From Candidatus Synechococcus spongiarum SP3 (GTDB lineage: Bacteria; Cyanobacteriota; Cyanobacteriia; PCC-6307; Cyanobiaceae), in NCBI GenBank assembly GCA_001007665.1, contig JXQG01000002.1, positions 14,639 to 78,638 on the forward strand: a DNA stretch of 64,000 bases. Reading direction: 5' to 3'. Position numbers and translations under genes: made by a program. The notes beneath the pieces are model-generated. The model ran no database searches. It saw nothing but the letters and a program-made list of their open reading frames with translations, and was not told where the DNA came from. Shown here one piece after another: positions 40,685 through 51,651 of this stretch. How positions within the stretch are numbered: the stretch's first letter is position 1; each line of letters begins with the position of its first letter.

Positions 40685-43196
40685 ATGATTGCATCATCAA
40701 AGTACGCTGGGAAGTTGAGGCTCGGGCCTCAACTGTCCTGGAGGAACTACCTGACCACGGTCTTGGCTCTTGCCACTGCAGCGGGGGGCGGTTGTGGCCC
40801 AGGCAAGGGCTGAGTTGCGATCTTGATTGTGAGCCAGCTTCTATGCTGGTACTGTCTTCTGAAGGAGAATCCCCAATGTCTGAAATCAAATCTTTCTTTG
40901 CTTGGGAAGACCGACCGGCGATTAAACTCAAGGATGGCCGATCCTTTGCAATCACTGGCGAAGACAGACTTTGGAACGATGGCAGCCTGTTTCCGTAGTC
41001 ACCAGGGAAGATATTGAGACGTCCGACATAATCACTTTGATGAATTGATGGACGACCGCTCCGATTATAATAGTTTTGGTCGACGCTACCCGCTGTCCCG
41101 TGGGTATCGGATTCTGGTCAACGGTCATTCCCCACTCCGCTCCCTGAACCTGCCGCCGTTGTTAGCCGTTGAACGCATTGAAATCCTGAACAACGGCACT
41201 GCAACCTTCCATGACGGTGTTGCCGTTCCAGGAGCTATCAACATCGTGCTCCGACGTGATCATGAAGGATTCGAGGTGGTGGCACTGGACGGGGGCTTCC
41301 TCAGGCTTGAGGCGGGTCGTCCGGCCAGGCTGGCTTCTTCTAGGGTAGCGTTGTGGGAAGCGAACATCTGGTGGTGGGTGTGGACAGCGTTTACAGGGCT
41401 GAAGTCCCCGCTGCAGACAGGGACTACAGCCGCTCCAAATGGTCCGAAGGCGGCTTCCCCTATGGCAACATCGCCTGGACAGGGGCGCGACGCGCTGACT
41501 TCAAGAGACTCAAGGGCAAGAGTGTTTTTGCCAACGTTGATGTCCCGCTGGGGGATACCGCATCTGTTGATATGGAAGGACGACTGATGTGGGCAGGTAC
41601 TGTGTTTCGCTACGCCCCATCGGTGGGAACATTTGACATTCTCCATCCGAGTGCAGACCTTCTGCAGCAGCAGGTGCGGATGCCGGATCCTTGACCGTCT
41701 CTCACCGGTTTCTGGCCCACGACAACCGTGACTGGACAGAAGATCTCAATGAGCATGAGGTGACGGTCGGTGTTCAGGGCACACTCCAGGACATCGTAAG
41801 CTGGGATCTGTCCGTGAATCGCTACCGTCGCAACGAACGGGAAATTGGTAACACATTCGTGAGCGAGAGCCTGGCTCTTGAAGCCATTCAGGCAGGAGAT
41901 TACGACCTCACGAATCCACGATCAACGGACCCCGATCATCAGGCGGCTGTTGGCAAAATGGCGTTGAGTATGAAGCGGGACGAAGTTGTTGATGTGACTG
42001 GCGTGAAGGGCGCACTGCAAGGTCCAGGATTCACGCTGCCTGGCGGCGGCTTGCAATGGGCTCTTGGCATTGAAATCGAAAATCGGAAAGGGAAAGACAT
42101 TCTGAAGCATCAGGATCGTGTGGGAAAGACGTATCTTTTGGAAGATGTCCTTGGCTCCGGTGGAAGCTCTTACCAGGGCTCGAGGTGGCGCAGGTCTGGC
42201 TTTGCCAAGGTGCAATTTTCACCACTTCCCCGTTGGACGATCTTGCTGGCTGCACAGCTTGATGATTGTACTGATGTGAGATCAGTCTATGAACGGACAG
42301 TGGCCAGCGCCTGGTGTGCAAACGAGCTGGTTACGCTGCACGGCCCCTACCACAAGGACTTGGCGCCACCGTCTCTATCCGACATCCATAGCAAGGGTAC
42401 GGTCTACTATTCCGCCATCTGTGACACGAAAACTCGCACGAATCCGCAGACGAACTGTCACATTACTCAATCCAAAACCTTATACACTAACAACCCCGAC
42501 CTGGAACCAGGCCAGTCAACAACCTGGAGCCTTGGCGGAACAACGGAGTTGGCCAACCTCTCTCTTGCCGTGGACTGGTTCCGGGTGGAGCAGTCCCACC
42601 TTCCGCGTCATGCCAACACCCAGTCCATCGTTGATCGGGAAGCCGAGAAGGGATCATCAGGCTTGGTGATGCGTACAAACGACGTGATTACAGAAATCCG
42701 GAATCCCCTGGTCAACACTGGTGAATCAAGCGTGTCCGGCTTGCGCCTCGGTGGCGGCACCGATTTTGGACGCCTTGGCGATGTGGCCATGGGCCTGGAT
42801 GTCTACTGGGCTGACGTCACCGAGGGTGAATCCAGGGTTGACGGTGTCGTGCAGCCCGGTGATTTCCCCCAGCACCGTGTTCATGCCATCTTTCGCACGA
42901 GCCGGGACAATGTGGCTGCTGTCTGGCACACGCGAGCCATTTCAGGTTACGACAATGATTCTCGTGGAGGGACCGGAAGGTTTGCCCCATGGATCGGCCA
43001 TGGCTTTACGGTGGAGTTGCGTGACGTATTGGGCATGGAGGGACTGGCGCTGCAGAGCGGCGTGATCAACCTCACCGACCGTGGCCCTTCGGTGGGTTCG
43101 ATGAAAATCCCTCGGGTCCAGGTGGCGCCGACACAAGGCTCGATTCCATTTGTGGCCGTACGTTTTTCCTCCGGACGGAACTGTCCTGACGAGTGA
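40685..43196 (+). pseudogene. TonB-dependent outer-membrane receptor, multiply frameshifted
   Basis: The signal-like NYLTTVLALATAAGG (40.7 kb), the plug-domain pieces VVTREDIETSDIITLMN and YRILVNGHSP..PLLAVERIEILNNGTA..VPGAINIVL, and a 501-aa beta-barrel part (41691-43196) all lie in different frames. The region is lower in GC than its surroundings. Confidence 0.65.
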
Positions 43197-43230
43197 AGGA
43201 GGTGGCATCAAATGCCAACCAACTACTAAT

Positions 43231-44603
43231 TTGAACCAAGTTAGTAATTCACTGACACTTGGCCGCTGGCAGATTTCAAGCCCCCCTCCCCTTGAGACGT
43301 TGCTGACCAAGCTGGGGACCAGCAGGGAATGGCTCGCCCTCCACCTGCAACTCTCAGAGCATGCCAGGCGGATCAGGGGCTATCCCCACTGGAATGACGT
43401 GCGCCATCGGCCTGCACCGGAGGGGGCTACACGGGAGCAGTGGTAGTTGGCCCTGAAGATGGCCCGCCAGACGCAGGAGTTGCCGCTGTGGGATGCCCAT
43501 GGTCAGCCCTTCAGATTTTCCCAGCCGCCGGAATTGCTGGAGGCGCTGCACCGGATCGACATGAGGGGAGGTGGCCGGGTTGGCGGCCCGGAGGGGGTGA
43601 TCAATGCCCAGATGCGGGATCGCTACCTGATCACCTCGCTGCAGGAGGAAGCCATCACGTCCAGCCAGTTGGAAGGGGCTGCCACCACACGGGACGTGGC
43701 CAAGAACCTGATCCGCTCCGGCCGGCAGCCGCGGGACCGTGGTGAGCAAATGATCTTGAATAATTTTCACGCCATGAGGTTGCTGCAAGATTTACAGGAC
43801 ACAACACTGACGCCGGAACTGGTGCTGAGGCTGCACCGCCGGATCACCCAGGACACCCTTGACGTGGGAGAAGCGGCCGGTCGACTGCGCCGCAGCGACG
43901 AAGACGTTGTGGTGGGGGACCTGTATGGAGAGGTCGTCCACAGGCCACCACCGGCTGAACAGCTTGAGCAGCGTCTTGCCGACCTGTTTGCCTTTGCTAA
44001 TGGCGACACACCGGCTGCCTTCATCCATCCAGTGGTCCGGGCCATCGCCCTGCATTTCTGGCTGGCCCATGACCACCCCTTTCTGGACGGCAACGGCCGC
44101 ACGGCGCGGGCACTGTTCTATTGGGCCATGCTGCGCCACGACTACTGGCTGTTTTCCTTCGTCTCCATCTCGACGATTTTGAGAGAGGCCCCTGCCCAGT
44201 ACGCTCGTGCGTTCCGCGAGATGGAAACCGACGACAACGACCTGACCTACTTCTTGCTGGCGCAACTCAAGGTGATCGGTCAGGCCATGGACCGGCTGGA
44301 GGCCACCATCAAACGGAAAAACCAGGAAATGAAAGGCTTTGAGAAGCACTTGGCTGATCTGGATCTGTTCAACCATCGCCAACTGGCGCTGCTCCTCCAT
44401 GGCATGAAGCACCCGGGCTTCCGCTATAGCATCCGCTCCCATCAAACAAGCCACAAAGTGAGCTACCAGACTGCCCGCACGGATCTGTGCTCACCCTTGC
44501 GGACCATGGCCTGTTAGAGCGTCGCCAACGGGGAAAGCAATTCCTGTTTCAGGCGCCGGCTGATTTGGGCAAGCGACTCCAGCAACTACAGGGCCACTGC
44601 TGA
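43231..44603 (+). pseudogene. Fic-family (AMPylase-type) protein with an in-frame TAG and a C-terminal frameshift
   Basis: Fic motif HPFLDGNGRTARAL. The upstream 43150-43446 ORF is in the same frame and separated only by TAG at 43444-43446 (..REQW*LALKMARQ..). After ..YQTARTDL (about 44485) the conserved tail LTLADHGLLERRQRGKQFLFQAP continues in another frame to the TGA at 44601-44603. Confidence 0.7.
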
Positions 44604-44620
44604 GGATTCAGCAGTGGCCC
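44591..44620. terminator. Perfect 13-bp stem / 4-nt loop hairpin between the convergent Fic and pnp genes
   Basis: gggccactgctga-ggat-tcagcagtggccc. There is no adjacent U-tract, so function as an intrinsic terminator is uncertain. Confidence 0.4.
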
Positions 44621-44667
44621 AATGATCCGTATTCTGGGACCTGTTAAGGCCATAATTCCAGTTCTGG

Positions 44668-46785
44668 TCAAGCCTCCTGGAGCACGCCGCGGATAGTGAG
44701 GTTAATGCGGCCACGGCTGTCGATTTCCCGAACCCGCACAGTCACGTTATCCCCCACTTTGACAATGTCATCCACTTTTTCCACCCGTGTCTCCGAGAGC
44801 TGGGAGATATGGATCATGCCCTCTTTGCCGGGGAGGATTTCCACGAAGGCGCCAATGGGAATGACGCGGGTGACAGTTCCTCGGAACATCTCCCCTTCAT
44901 GAACCTTGCGGGTGAGTCCATCAATAATGCGTCGGGCCTCACGGGCAGCGACGCCGTCATGGCTGGCGATGGTCACCAGGCCTTCATCGCCAATGTCGAT
45001 TTTGGTGTTGGTGCGCTCCGTGATGCCCTTGATGGTGCGACCACCAGGGCCGATCACCGTGCCAATCAACTCGGGGCTGATGCGGAAGGTGAGAAGGCGG
45101 GGGGCATGGGGCGAGAGGTCTTCCCGTGGTTTGTCGATGGTTTTCTGCATCTCCGCCAGGATATGCAGCCGGGCAGGTTGGGCTTGGTGGATGGCGTCAC
45201 TGATGGTGACCATGGGTAGGCCAGTGATCTTCATGTCCATTTGCAGGGCCGTGATGCCTTTCTCCGTACCCGCCACTTTGAAGTCCATATCCCCCAGGAA
45301 ATCCTCAATGCCTTGAATATCGGTGAGGATACGCACATCGCTCCCCTCCTTGATCAGGCCCATGGCTGCCCCACTGACAGGGGCCTTGATGGGAACCCCG
45401 GCATCCATCAAGGCCAGGGTGCTGCCGCAGACAGAGGCCATAGAGGTGGAGCCGTTGGAGCTGAGAACTTCGGAGACAACCCTGATGACGTAAGGGAAGT
45501 CTTCCTTGTTGGGCAGCACTGGCATCAGCGCCCGCTCTGCGAGAGCGCCATGCCCGACTTCCCGGCGACCCGGGGAACGGAGAGGACGGGTCTCTCCCAC
45601 GGAGAAGGGAGGAAAATTGTAGTGGTGCAGATAGGTTTTCTCGTTGGAAGGATTGAGGTCATCCAATTCCTGGGCATCGCTGGGAGTGCCCAAGGTGGTG
45701 GTGGAGAGCACTTGGGTGAGGCCCCTCTGAAACACTGCTGAGCCATGCACCTTGCGGGGCAGAATGCCCACAGCCGAGGAAATGGGGCGAACCTGGTCCA
45801 GCGCACGGCCATCCACCCGCTTGCCCTCAGCAAGGATTTGGCCCCGCATCAGCTTTTTGGTAAGAGCCTTGTAGCTGGTGCCGAAAAGCTTGATGTTGCT
45901 GGCCACAGCCATGCGCACGGGGTGGCCCTCACCCAGATTGAGAATGCCACTGGCCACATGGGACTTGATGACGCTGAGCTTGTTGTCCCGATCCGTCTTG
46001 CTGAGGTCAAATTCCGCCAGAACGGCGCGAATGCTGTCGGAACACTGGGCCTCCAGATAGGCAAGGACTCCCTCATCAGTGGCTTCGGGCTCCACATGCA
46101 CAGGCTCAATGGCCAGATCCGTGAGGATGGCCTGCTGATGCTTGATGAGGTCCTGCACCGCCTCGTAGCCAAAGTCAATGGCCTCAATCACGTCATGCTC
46201 GGGGAGCTGCTTGGCTCCAGCCTCCACCATCACCACCCCATGGGGGGTGCCGGCCACCACCAGATCCAGATCGCTGCGCTCAACTTCCCGGAAACTGGGA
46301 TTGATAACAAAGTCGTCCCCCAGGAGGCCAACCCGCACAGCCGCCATGGGCCCCGCAAAAGGGAGGCGCGCCAGAAGGGTTGCCATGGATGCGCCGGTGA
46401 CCGCCAGCACGTCGGGAGGCATCCGTTCATCCAGAGCCTGGCATGTGGCAACCACTTGAATGTCGTCCCGCAGCCAGTGGGGGAACAAGGGCCTCAGGGG
46501 GCGATCCATCAAGCGACAGGTGAGAATCGCCCGTTCCGGAGGGCGGCCTTCGCGTCGTTGATAGCTGCCGGGAATGCGTCCCGCGGCATACATGCGCTCT
46601 TCATAATCACAGAGGAGGGGCAAAAAGTCCACGCCCTCCCGTGCGGCCGAGCGGGTCACTGTCACCAGAACCGCTGTGCCGCCGCACTCCAACATCACTG
46701 ACCCGCTTGCCTGGGGGGCAAAGCGGTTGATGGTCATTTGAAACTCACGTCCATCGAAGGAAAATGACCGACTTTCTCCTTGCAC
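44668..46785 (-). CDS. pnp: Polyribonucleotide nucleotidyltransferase (PNPase)
   Basis: Two RNase PH domains followed by KH ([11 protein letters not shown]) and S1 ([28 protein letters not shown]) domains. Length is 705 aa. Confidence 0.97.
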   Translation of the reverse strand: MQGESRSFSFDGREFQMTINRFAPQASGSVMLECGGTAVLVTVTRSAAREGVDFLPLLCDYEERMYAAGRIPGSYQRREGRPPERAILTCRLMDRPLRPLFPHWLRDDIQVVATCQALDERMPPDVLAVTGASMATLLARLPFAGPMAAVRVGLLGDDFVINPSFREVERSDLDLVVAGTPHGVVMVEAGAKQLPEHDVIEAIDFGYEAVQDLIKHQQAILTDLAIEPVHVEPEATDEGVLAYLEAQCSDSIRAVLAEFDLSKTDRDNKLSVIKSHVASGILNLGEGHPVRMAVASNIKLFGTSYKALTKKLMRGQILAEGKRVDGRALDQVRPISSAVGILPRKVHGSAVFQRGLTQVLSTTTLGTPSDAQELDDLNPSNEKTYLHHYNFPPFSVGETRPLRSPGRREVGHGALAERALMPVLPNKEDFPYVIRVVSEVLSSNGSTSMASVCGSTLALMDAGVPIKAPVSGAAMGLIKEGSDVRILTDIQGIEDFLGDMDFKVAGTEKGITALQMDMKITGLPMVTISDAIHQAQPARLHILAEMQKTIDKPREDLSPHAPRLLTFRISPELIGTVIGPGGRTIKGITERTNTKIDIGDEGLVTIASHDGVAAREARRIIDGLTRKVHEGEMFRGTVTRVIPIGAFVEILPGKEGMIHISQLSETRVEKVDDIVKVGDNVTVRVREIDSRGRINLTIRGVLQEA

Positions 46786-46842
46786 CCTTCTTGTTTCCTC
46801 AGTTTGTGGTTTGTTGTTTTGCCAACCTTGCCATCCTAGCGC

Positions 46843-47145
46843 TCACCAGGATGATTTGACGACGCCCGGCAGGAGTCCGGCGTGGGCTTTCTGGCGGAGC
46901 TGATTCCGGCAAAGCCCGAAATCACTCATCACACCGCGGGGCTTTCCAGTGGCCCAGCAACGATTGCGCTGGCGATTGGGGGCACTGTTGCGGGGAAGCT
47001 GCTGCAGCTTAAAATGAATTTCCAGCTTTTCCATGGGATCCGCCGCCGCAGCGAAGGCGTCCTTCAGGGCCTCGCGCCTGGCACGGAACCGCTGCGCCAA
47101 CTTGCGGCGCTTCACGTCGCGAGCAATCATCGACTTCTTTGCCAT
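46843..47145 (-). CDS. rpsN: 30S ribosomal protein S14
   Basis: [16 protein letters not shown]...[22 protein letters not shown]...[22 protein letters not shown]. Confidence 0.93.
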   Translation of the reverse strand: MAKKSMIARDVKRRKLAQRFRARREALKDAFAAAADPMEKLEIHFKLQQLPRNSAPNRQRNRCWATGKPRGVMSDFGLCRNQLRQKAHAGLLPGVVKSSW

Positions 47146-47191
47146 CAAAACCACTGGTGGTACACTCACAGCTTAACCCATCGTGTCTCAT

Positions 47192-47216
47192 GTCGCCAAC
47201 CAGGCTGGTTGGCGAC
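47192..47216. other. Perfect 10-bp stem hairpin in the rpsN upstream region
   Basis: gtcgccaacc-aggct-ggttggcgac, located 47 nt upstream of the rpsN start on the minus strand. Confidence 0.35.
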
Positions 47217-47476
47217 TGGTTCTTCAAGCACGAGCCCGGCGGGGAGGATCGTCATGGAACGGTTGCACCCCAATATGAGGTGGTTCGAGGCGGTGCTCCT
47301 GATCGGGCTCACCGAAGGAGTGGGCAAGACCTTCTGCAAACCAGCGGCGCAGCTTGCCCGTCAGCGAGACGTTGTTGTTCATGACACAACCAAGAGATCT
47401 ATCCCCAGGTTGCTGCAAGTTCAGACCGGGTGGCACCGTGGTCCATGGGAATTTAAGGAAGACTTAGGAAGAGGCC

Positions 47477-47647
47477 TTAACGGCGGCGGCGGCGCTGCAT
47501 GGCTTTGCGCTTGGCCTTCTCAAAATGGTTTTCATGGTGACGAAGGCGCTTCAACTCCGCAAAAATGCCCGCCTTCGACACTTGGCGTTTGAACCGGCGT
47601 AGGGCGGACTCAATGCTTTCGTTTTCCCCAACAGTGACTTGAGCCAT
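47477..47647 (-). CDS. rpsU: 30S ribosomal protein S21
   Basis: [56 protein letters not shown], starting at the internal ATG of the 124-aa track ORF. Confidence 0.9.
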   Translation of the reverse strand: MAQVTVGENESIESALRRFKRQVSKAGIFAELKRLRHHENHFEKAKRKAMQRRRRR

Positions 47648-47691
47648 GCAGAAAAAGGTGTCCTGACAAAACAGGCTAGATAGTGTAGTCC

Positions 47692-47892
47692 TCACGAGGA
47701 TCGACTGTTCCAGGCCATGGCCATGAGCAGGGTGAGCACAGTCCCCGGTGCGCTGACCACCAGGATCAGCGTGGTGGACGCCACCCCCAACCGAGGGTCC
47801 CCATAGGCCAACTCGAATACCGACCCCGTAGCGGCAATACCTAGCAGGCAAGACAGGGCCAGCAACAGCCCTGCAAGCGGTTTCATGGGCAT
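47692..47892 (-). CDS. Small hypothetical two-TM membrane protein
   Basis: 66-aa ORF between def and rpsU on the same strand, with two hydrophobic helices. I recognise no motif. Confidence 0.3.
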   Translation of the reverse strand: MPMKPLAGLLLALSCLLGIAATGSVFELAYGDPRLGVASTTLILVVSAPGTVLTLLMAMAWNSRSS

Positions 47893-47907
47893 GGCAGAGG
47901 TCGCAAG

Positions 47908-48516
47908 CTAGACAACGGCATGGACCGCACTGGAGACAAGGCCATGGTGGTCAAGTTCCCGTTCCAGGGCCTCCGCATCCCGGACACGATCCACAAACAA
48001 AATCCCGCTGAGGTGGTCCATCTCGTGCTGGATACAGCGGCCCAGGAGGCCATCTGCCTTGCGACGCTGGTTGCGCCCCAGCTCGTCCATGAACTTCACC
48101 TCCACCACCGTGGGCCGCACCACATGCAAATAAACCCCGGGAATGCTGAGGCAGCCCTCTTCCCGTGAGTCCACAGAGGCGCCGTAGGCCGTAATCTCCG
48201 GGTTGATGAGCACCAGAGGGGGCGTGCTGGGGGTTTCGGGGTCCAGGTCAATGACCAGCACCTGCTTGTGAACACCCACCTGGGTTGCCGCCAGACCAAT
48301 GCCCTGGGCGCTGTACATGCTGCGCAGCATGTCGCGGCAGAGTTGGCGGATGCCGTGGTCCACCCTGGACACCCGTCGTGCGGGTTGCCGCAGCACCTGA
48401 TCTCCCAAGTGGTGGATGGCGAGAGGAGCCGGCCCATTCACCTGCTTCTCGACCATCACCGAGGCTTCACGCCGAGCAGCGCGGTGGGCAAGGCTGGCAA
48501 AGCTGGCTCCAGCCAT
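47908..48516 (-). CDS. def: Peptide deformylase
   Basis: [18 protein letters not shown] and HEMDHL motifs. The start is ATG at 48516 or 48456. The upstream part of the 312-aa track ORF is not Def-like. Confidence 0.9.
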   Translation of the reverse strand: MAGASFASLAHRAARREASVMVEKQVNGPAPLAIHHLGDQVLRQPARRVSRVDHGIRQLCRDMLRSMYSAQGIGLAATQVGVHKQVLVIDLDPETPSTPPLVLINPEITAYGASVDSREEGCLSIPGVYLHVVRPTVVEVKFMDELGRNQRRKADGLLGRCIQHEMDHLSGILFVDRVRDAEALERELDHHGLVSSAVHAVV

Positions 48517-48562
48517 GGAGAACTCCTTTGCAGTAGAGCGTGTATCCTCCATCTTAAGGAGA

Positions 48563-50449
48563 ATGAAGGGGACATGGTGTCCCGTGATGGTGTTGGATCC
48601 CGCCCAACCGCTGCCGGCTAGCGCAGTTGCTGGAAGCTTGCCCGGTTGGAAAGAACCATGGCTGGTGGGTCGGCGTTTGTTCTGGTTGGAGCAGCGCCCC
48701 CGGGAGCAAGGCCGCACCACCCTGATGACCCAAGCGGATGGGCAACGTCGGGAGTTGACCCCGGGGAACTGGAACCTGCGCACGTCTCTCCATGGCTTTG
48801 GCGGGGCGCCCGTGGCCTTTGGGCGCCACCACGCCGTTCTTGTCAACCAGATGAAGACAGGTCCTGCCCTTTGGCTCCTGAATCTTCACGGCGCCGCACC
48901 GCCGCGTCAGCTTTGCCAACCGGGGGTGGTGGCCGTGGGGGATGGCTGCCTCCATGAGCAGGGCCAGTTCTGGATCGGTGTCTGGGAGCAGGAGAGCCAG
49001 GACGTGCTCACCCGGGTTTGTCTGCACACCGGCGCCAGCCGGCCCCTGCGGGCCGCAGCGGACTTCTGCAGCAGCCCCAGCCTCTCCCCCGATGGACGTC
49101 ACCTGCTGTGGCTGGAATGGGATCTCCCCGCCATGCCGTGGCAACGCAGCCGCCTCTGGCTGGCCCAATTGGATGAAGACGGAGGATTGCGGGAGCCCCG
49201 GTGCCTGGCGGGGGATGACGGCGCCCCGGAGGCTGTCTTTCAGCCCCAATGGCTACCCGACGGGGGGGTGGTGATGGCCGGTGACCGCAGTGGGTATTGG
49301 AACCTGCAGCATTTGGCCCCGGACCACCTGAGCAGCCCACAGCCTCCGTGGAGGAGCTTGCTGCCCATGGAAGCGGATTTCGGTCTGCCCCAGTGGGTGG
49401 CGGGGATGAGCACCACGGCGGTTGGGGAGAAGGGGCTGGTGGCTGCCCACTGCCGCCATGGTTGCTGGAGGTTGGGCCAGCTTCAGTGGTCCTCCGGCCC
49501 CACCCCCCATTGGCAGGTGCTGAAGCTGCCCTTTACAGAACTCTCCAACCTGCGGGCCGACGGTCGGCGGGCCGTTGCCCTTGCCGCAGGCCCCCATCAA
49601 CCGGATGGATTGCTGGAGGTGGATCTGGGGAGTGGCCGTTGGCGCCACACGCCCACTGGCGCCAATCCCCTGGGCACAGACCCCGTCAGCACGCCCGAGG
49701 CGTTTTGGTTTCCCGGCTACGGGGGGCGCCGCACCCACAGTTGGTTGTACCGCCCTGTTGCCTCCGTTGGCCTGCCGCCCCTGTTGGTGCGCTGTCACGG
49801 TGGCCCAACCGCCATGGCGCGCCCCTGCTTCAACCTGGAGACCCAATTCTGGACCAGCCGGGGCTGGGCCGTGCTGGACGTGAACTACGGCGGCTCCAGT
49901 GGGTTTGGTCGCGCCTATCGCCAGCGGCTGGACAGGGCCTGGGGCATAGTGGACGTGGAGGACTGCACAGCGGCGGCCAGGGCTCTGGTGGAAGCCGATC
50001 GAGTGGATCCGGAGCGGGTGGCCATCAGCGGCGGCAGTGCCGGTGGGTTCACGGCCCTGAGCTGCCTCAGCAGTAGCAATCTGTTTCGGGTGGGGGCCTG
50101 TCGCTATGGGGTCACCGATCTGGCCGCCCTGAGCCGGGACACCCACCGTTTCGAGAGCGGCTACCCGGAGAGCCTGGTGGGACCATGGCCGGCCATGGCC
50201 CAACGCTATCGGGACCGTTCGCCGCTACATCGGGTCCGACAGGGTCAAGGGCCAGTGGTGTTCTTCCAGGGTCTGAAGGATCGGGTGGTCCTACCGGAGC
50301 AGACGGAGCGCATGGCTGACGCCCTGCGCCGGCAGGGGGTCACCGTGGAGGTCCACGTCTACCCGGAGGAAGGCCATGGATTTCGTGACAGCGGGGTGCA
50401 GCAGGAGGTGCTCCTGGGCACGGAAGCCTTTTTCCGGAAGCACCTTTAA
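48563..50449 (+). CDS. S9-family serine peptidase (prolyl oligopeptidase / acylaminoacyl-peptidase type)
   Basis: An N-terminal beta-propeller-like region is followed by GGSAGGFTAL (GxSxGG nucleophile elbow), a Asp region and a C-terminal EEGHGF. The start is ATG at 48563 or 48587. Confidence 0.8.
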   Translation: MKGTWCPVMVLDPAQPLPASAVAGSLPGWKEPWLVGRRLFWLEQRPREQGRTTLMTQADGQRRELTPGNWNLRTSLHGFGGAPVAFGRHHAVLVNQMKTGPALWLLNLHGAAPPRQLCQPGVVAVGDGCLHEQGQFWIGVWEQESQDVLTRVCLHTGASRPLRAAADFCSSPSLSPDGRHLLWLEWDLPAMPWQRSRLWLAQLDEDGGLREPRCLAGDDGAPEAVFQPQWLPDGGVVMAGDRSGYWNLQHLAPDHLSSPQPPWRSLLPMEADFGLPQWVAGMSTTAVGEKGLVAAHCRHGCWRLGQLQWSSGPTPHWQVLKLPFTELSNLRADGRRAVALAAGPHQPDGLLEVDLGSGRWRHTPTGANPLGTDPVSTPEAFWFPGYGGRRTHSWLYRPVASVGLPPLLVRCHGGPTAMARPCFNLETQFWTSRGWAVLDVNYGGSSGFGRAYRQRLDRAWGIVDVEDCTAAARALVEADRVDPERVAISGGSAGGFTALSCLSSSNLFRVGACRYGVTDLAALSRDTHRFESGYPESLVGPWPAMAQRYRDRSPLHRVRQGQGPVVFFQGLKDRVVLPEQTERMADALRRQGVTVEVHVYPEEGHGFRDSGVQQEVLLGTEAFFRKHL

Positions 50450-50488
50450 CGGGGCATCGAGCGTTACCCTAGTGCAGGCTCCCTACGG

Positions 50489-50767
50489 TCAAGAGCGCTC
50501 GTTTGCCTTCTGGTATGCACTGTCCCTGTCTCCCTTCTTGACGATGGCCAGAACCTTTAGCTGTCGGCCCGCAACCTCATAAACGAGGCGGAAAGCAGGA
50601 CGTCCTATTTTGATTTTGTATCGGTTCGGAGCCCGCCTGACCCGATCGGCCTCTACACGTGGTTCCTGAAGTCTTCCGGCCAGCTTGTTCAAGAAGCGCT
50701 CTCGGAGTGGCTTGGTCAAGTTTTTCCACTCTTCCAAGGCTTTGGGGTGGAAGAAGAGGTCATATTT
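50489..50767 (-). pseudogene. relE: RelE/StbE-type toxin remnant without a canonical start codon or partner antitoxin
   Basis: KYDLFFHPKALEEWKNLTKPLRERFLNKLAGRLQEPRVEADRVRRAPNRYKIKIGRPAFRLVYEVAGRQLKVLAIVKKGDRDSAY aligns along its length with E. coli RelE. The in-frame upstream codons (*GVIKPYHKSVLLRKYD) contain no ATG or GTG, and only a TTG at 50737 lies inside the domain. Confidence 0.6.
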
Positions 50768-50950
50768 GCGAAGGAGGACACTTTTGTGGTATGGCTTAAT
50801 TACCCCTCATGCCAGCGTGACAAACCTCTACATTGCAAGAACCCACCCCTGAACAAGGCCGGAATCACACACCGGCAAGCTCTAAAGTTACCGCCTGTAC
50901 CGGGCTTTTGAGAAGCCCTGTAGATGCAAAGGGGACTTGTTCAGAGGCGG

Positions 50951-51235
50951 CTAAATAAGCTCGCTCAGGTTCACACGCATGGGTTGTTGCCCATCCATCA
51001 GGCGGTCGTCGGCAACAGCATTCAACTCAATATCCTCATCCACATCCACCTGCTCCTGGTCAAGCCAGGAGATTGAGGCCACGATCCAAGGCTCAGGGGG
51101 CAAGTGAATGGATTCAGAGTCTTGGAGTTCTCGCGGAAGGAATTGAGAGGTAAATTCACTGGCAAGGACATTGACAGGAGACGCAGTGGCAACCAGTGAA
51201 GCAAAAATCGCAACAATTAATCGTTGGCTCATCAT
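50951..51235 (-). CDS. Small acidic secreted hypothetical protein
   Basis: 94-aa ORF with a signal peptide (LIVAIFASLVATASPVNVLA) and an acidic mature part. It sits in a lower-GC patch. Confidence 0.35.
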   Translation of the reverse strand: MMSQRLIVAIFASLVATASPVNVLASEFTSQFLPRELQDSESIHLPPEPWIVASISWLDQEQVDVDEDIELNAVADDRLMDGQQPMRVNLSELI

Positions 51236-51651
51236 TGGTCACAAAAGAGGGCTCGACTCAAGAACACCCCGAAAAACCAGGCAACCCTCCCTCTGGGGTG
51301 CATTCTCACCATTGGAAGGTCAGTCGTGGAGGGATTTGCATGGGCCAACAGGCTGTTTCAGAGGTTTTCAAAAGCTCGGCTCATGTCTTAGCATGGGCTT
51401 GCAGGGCTGGATTTAAGGCATGGGCAAAGGGGATGCCTACTTCTTTAGTGTAGACTACAAAAAACTGAACTGAGTGCAAGGGGGGCCTTTCGGAAACAGA
51501 GGCTGACGTGAACCCTCCTGCTGAGGTCTGTTCAACGGCTGCCCATCACCCCCGCTGACGCCAAAGTCCCCCTGTTGGGTGGTTGCCCTGCTCCCCATCG
51601 CAAGGCGATGAGCGCCAAGTCCAGGGGAAATGGCATCAAGGCATGGGGTCG

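Noticed and set aside
40450-40685. Possible cobalamin riboswitch upstream of the TonB-dependent receptor
   Set aside because: I could not find the B12-box or the conserved GCCACTG-type core. Only a vague AAATCC-containing stretch is present.
51451-51460. The 10-mer tagactacaa shared with 56944-56953 (sufR promoter region), flanking the whole suf cluster
   Set aside because: A single 10-nt match in 64 kb on two strands is within chance expectation. There is no extended similarity around either copy.
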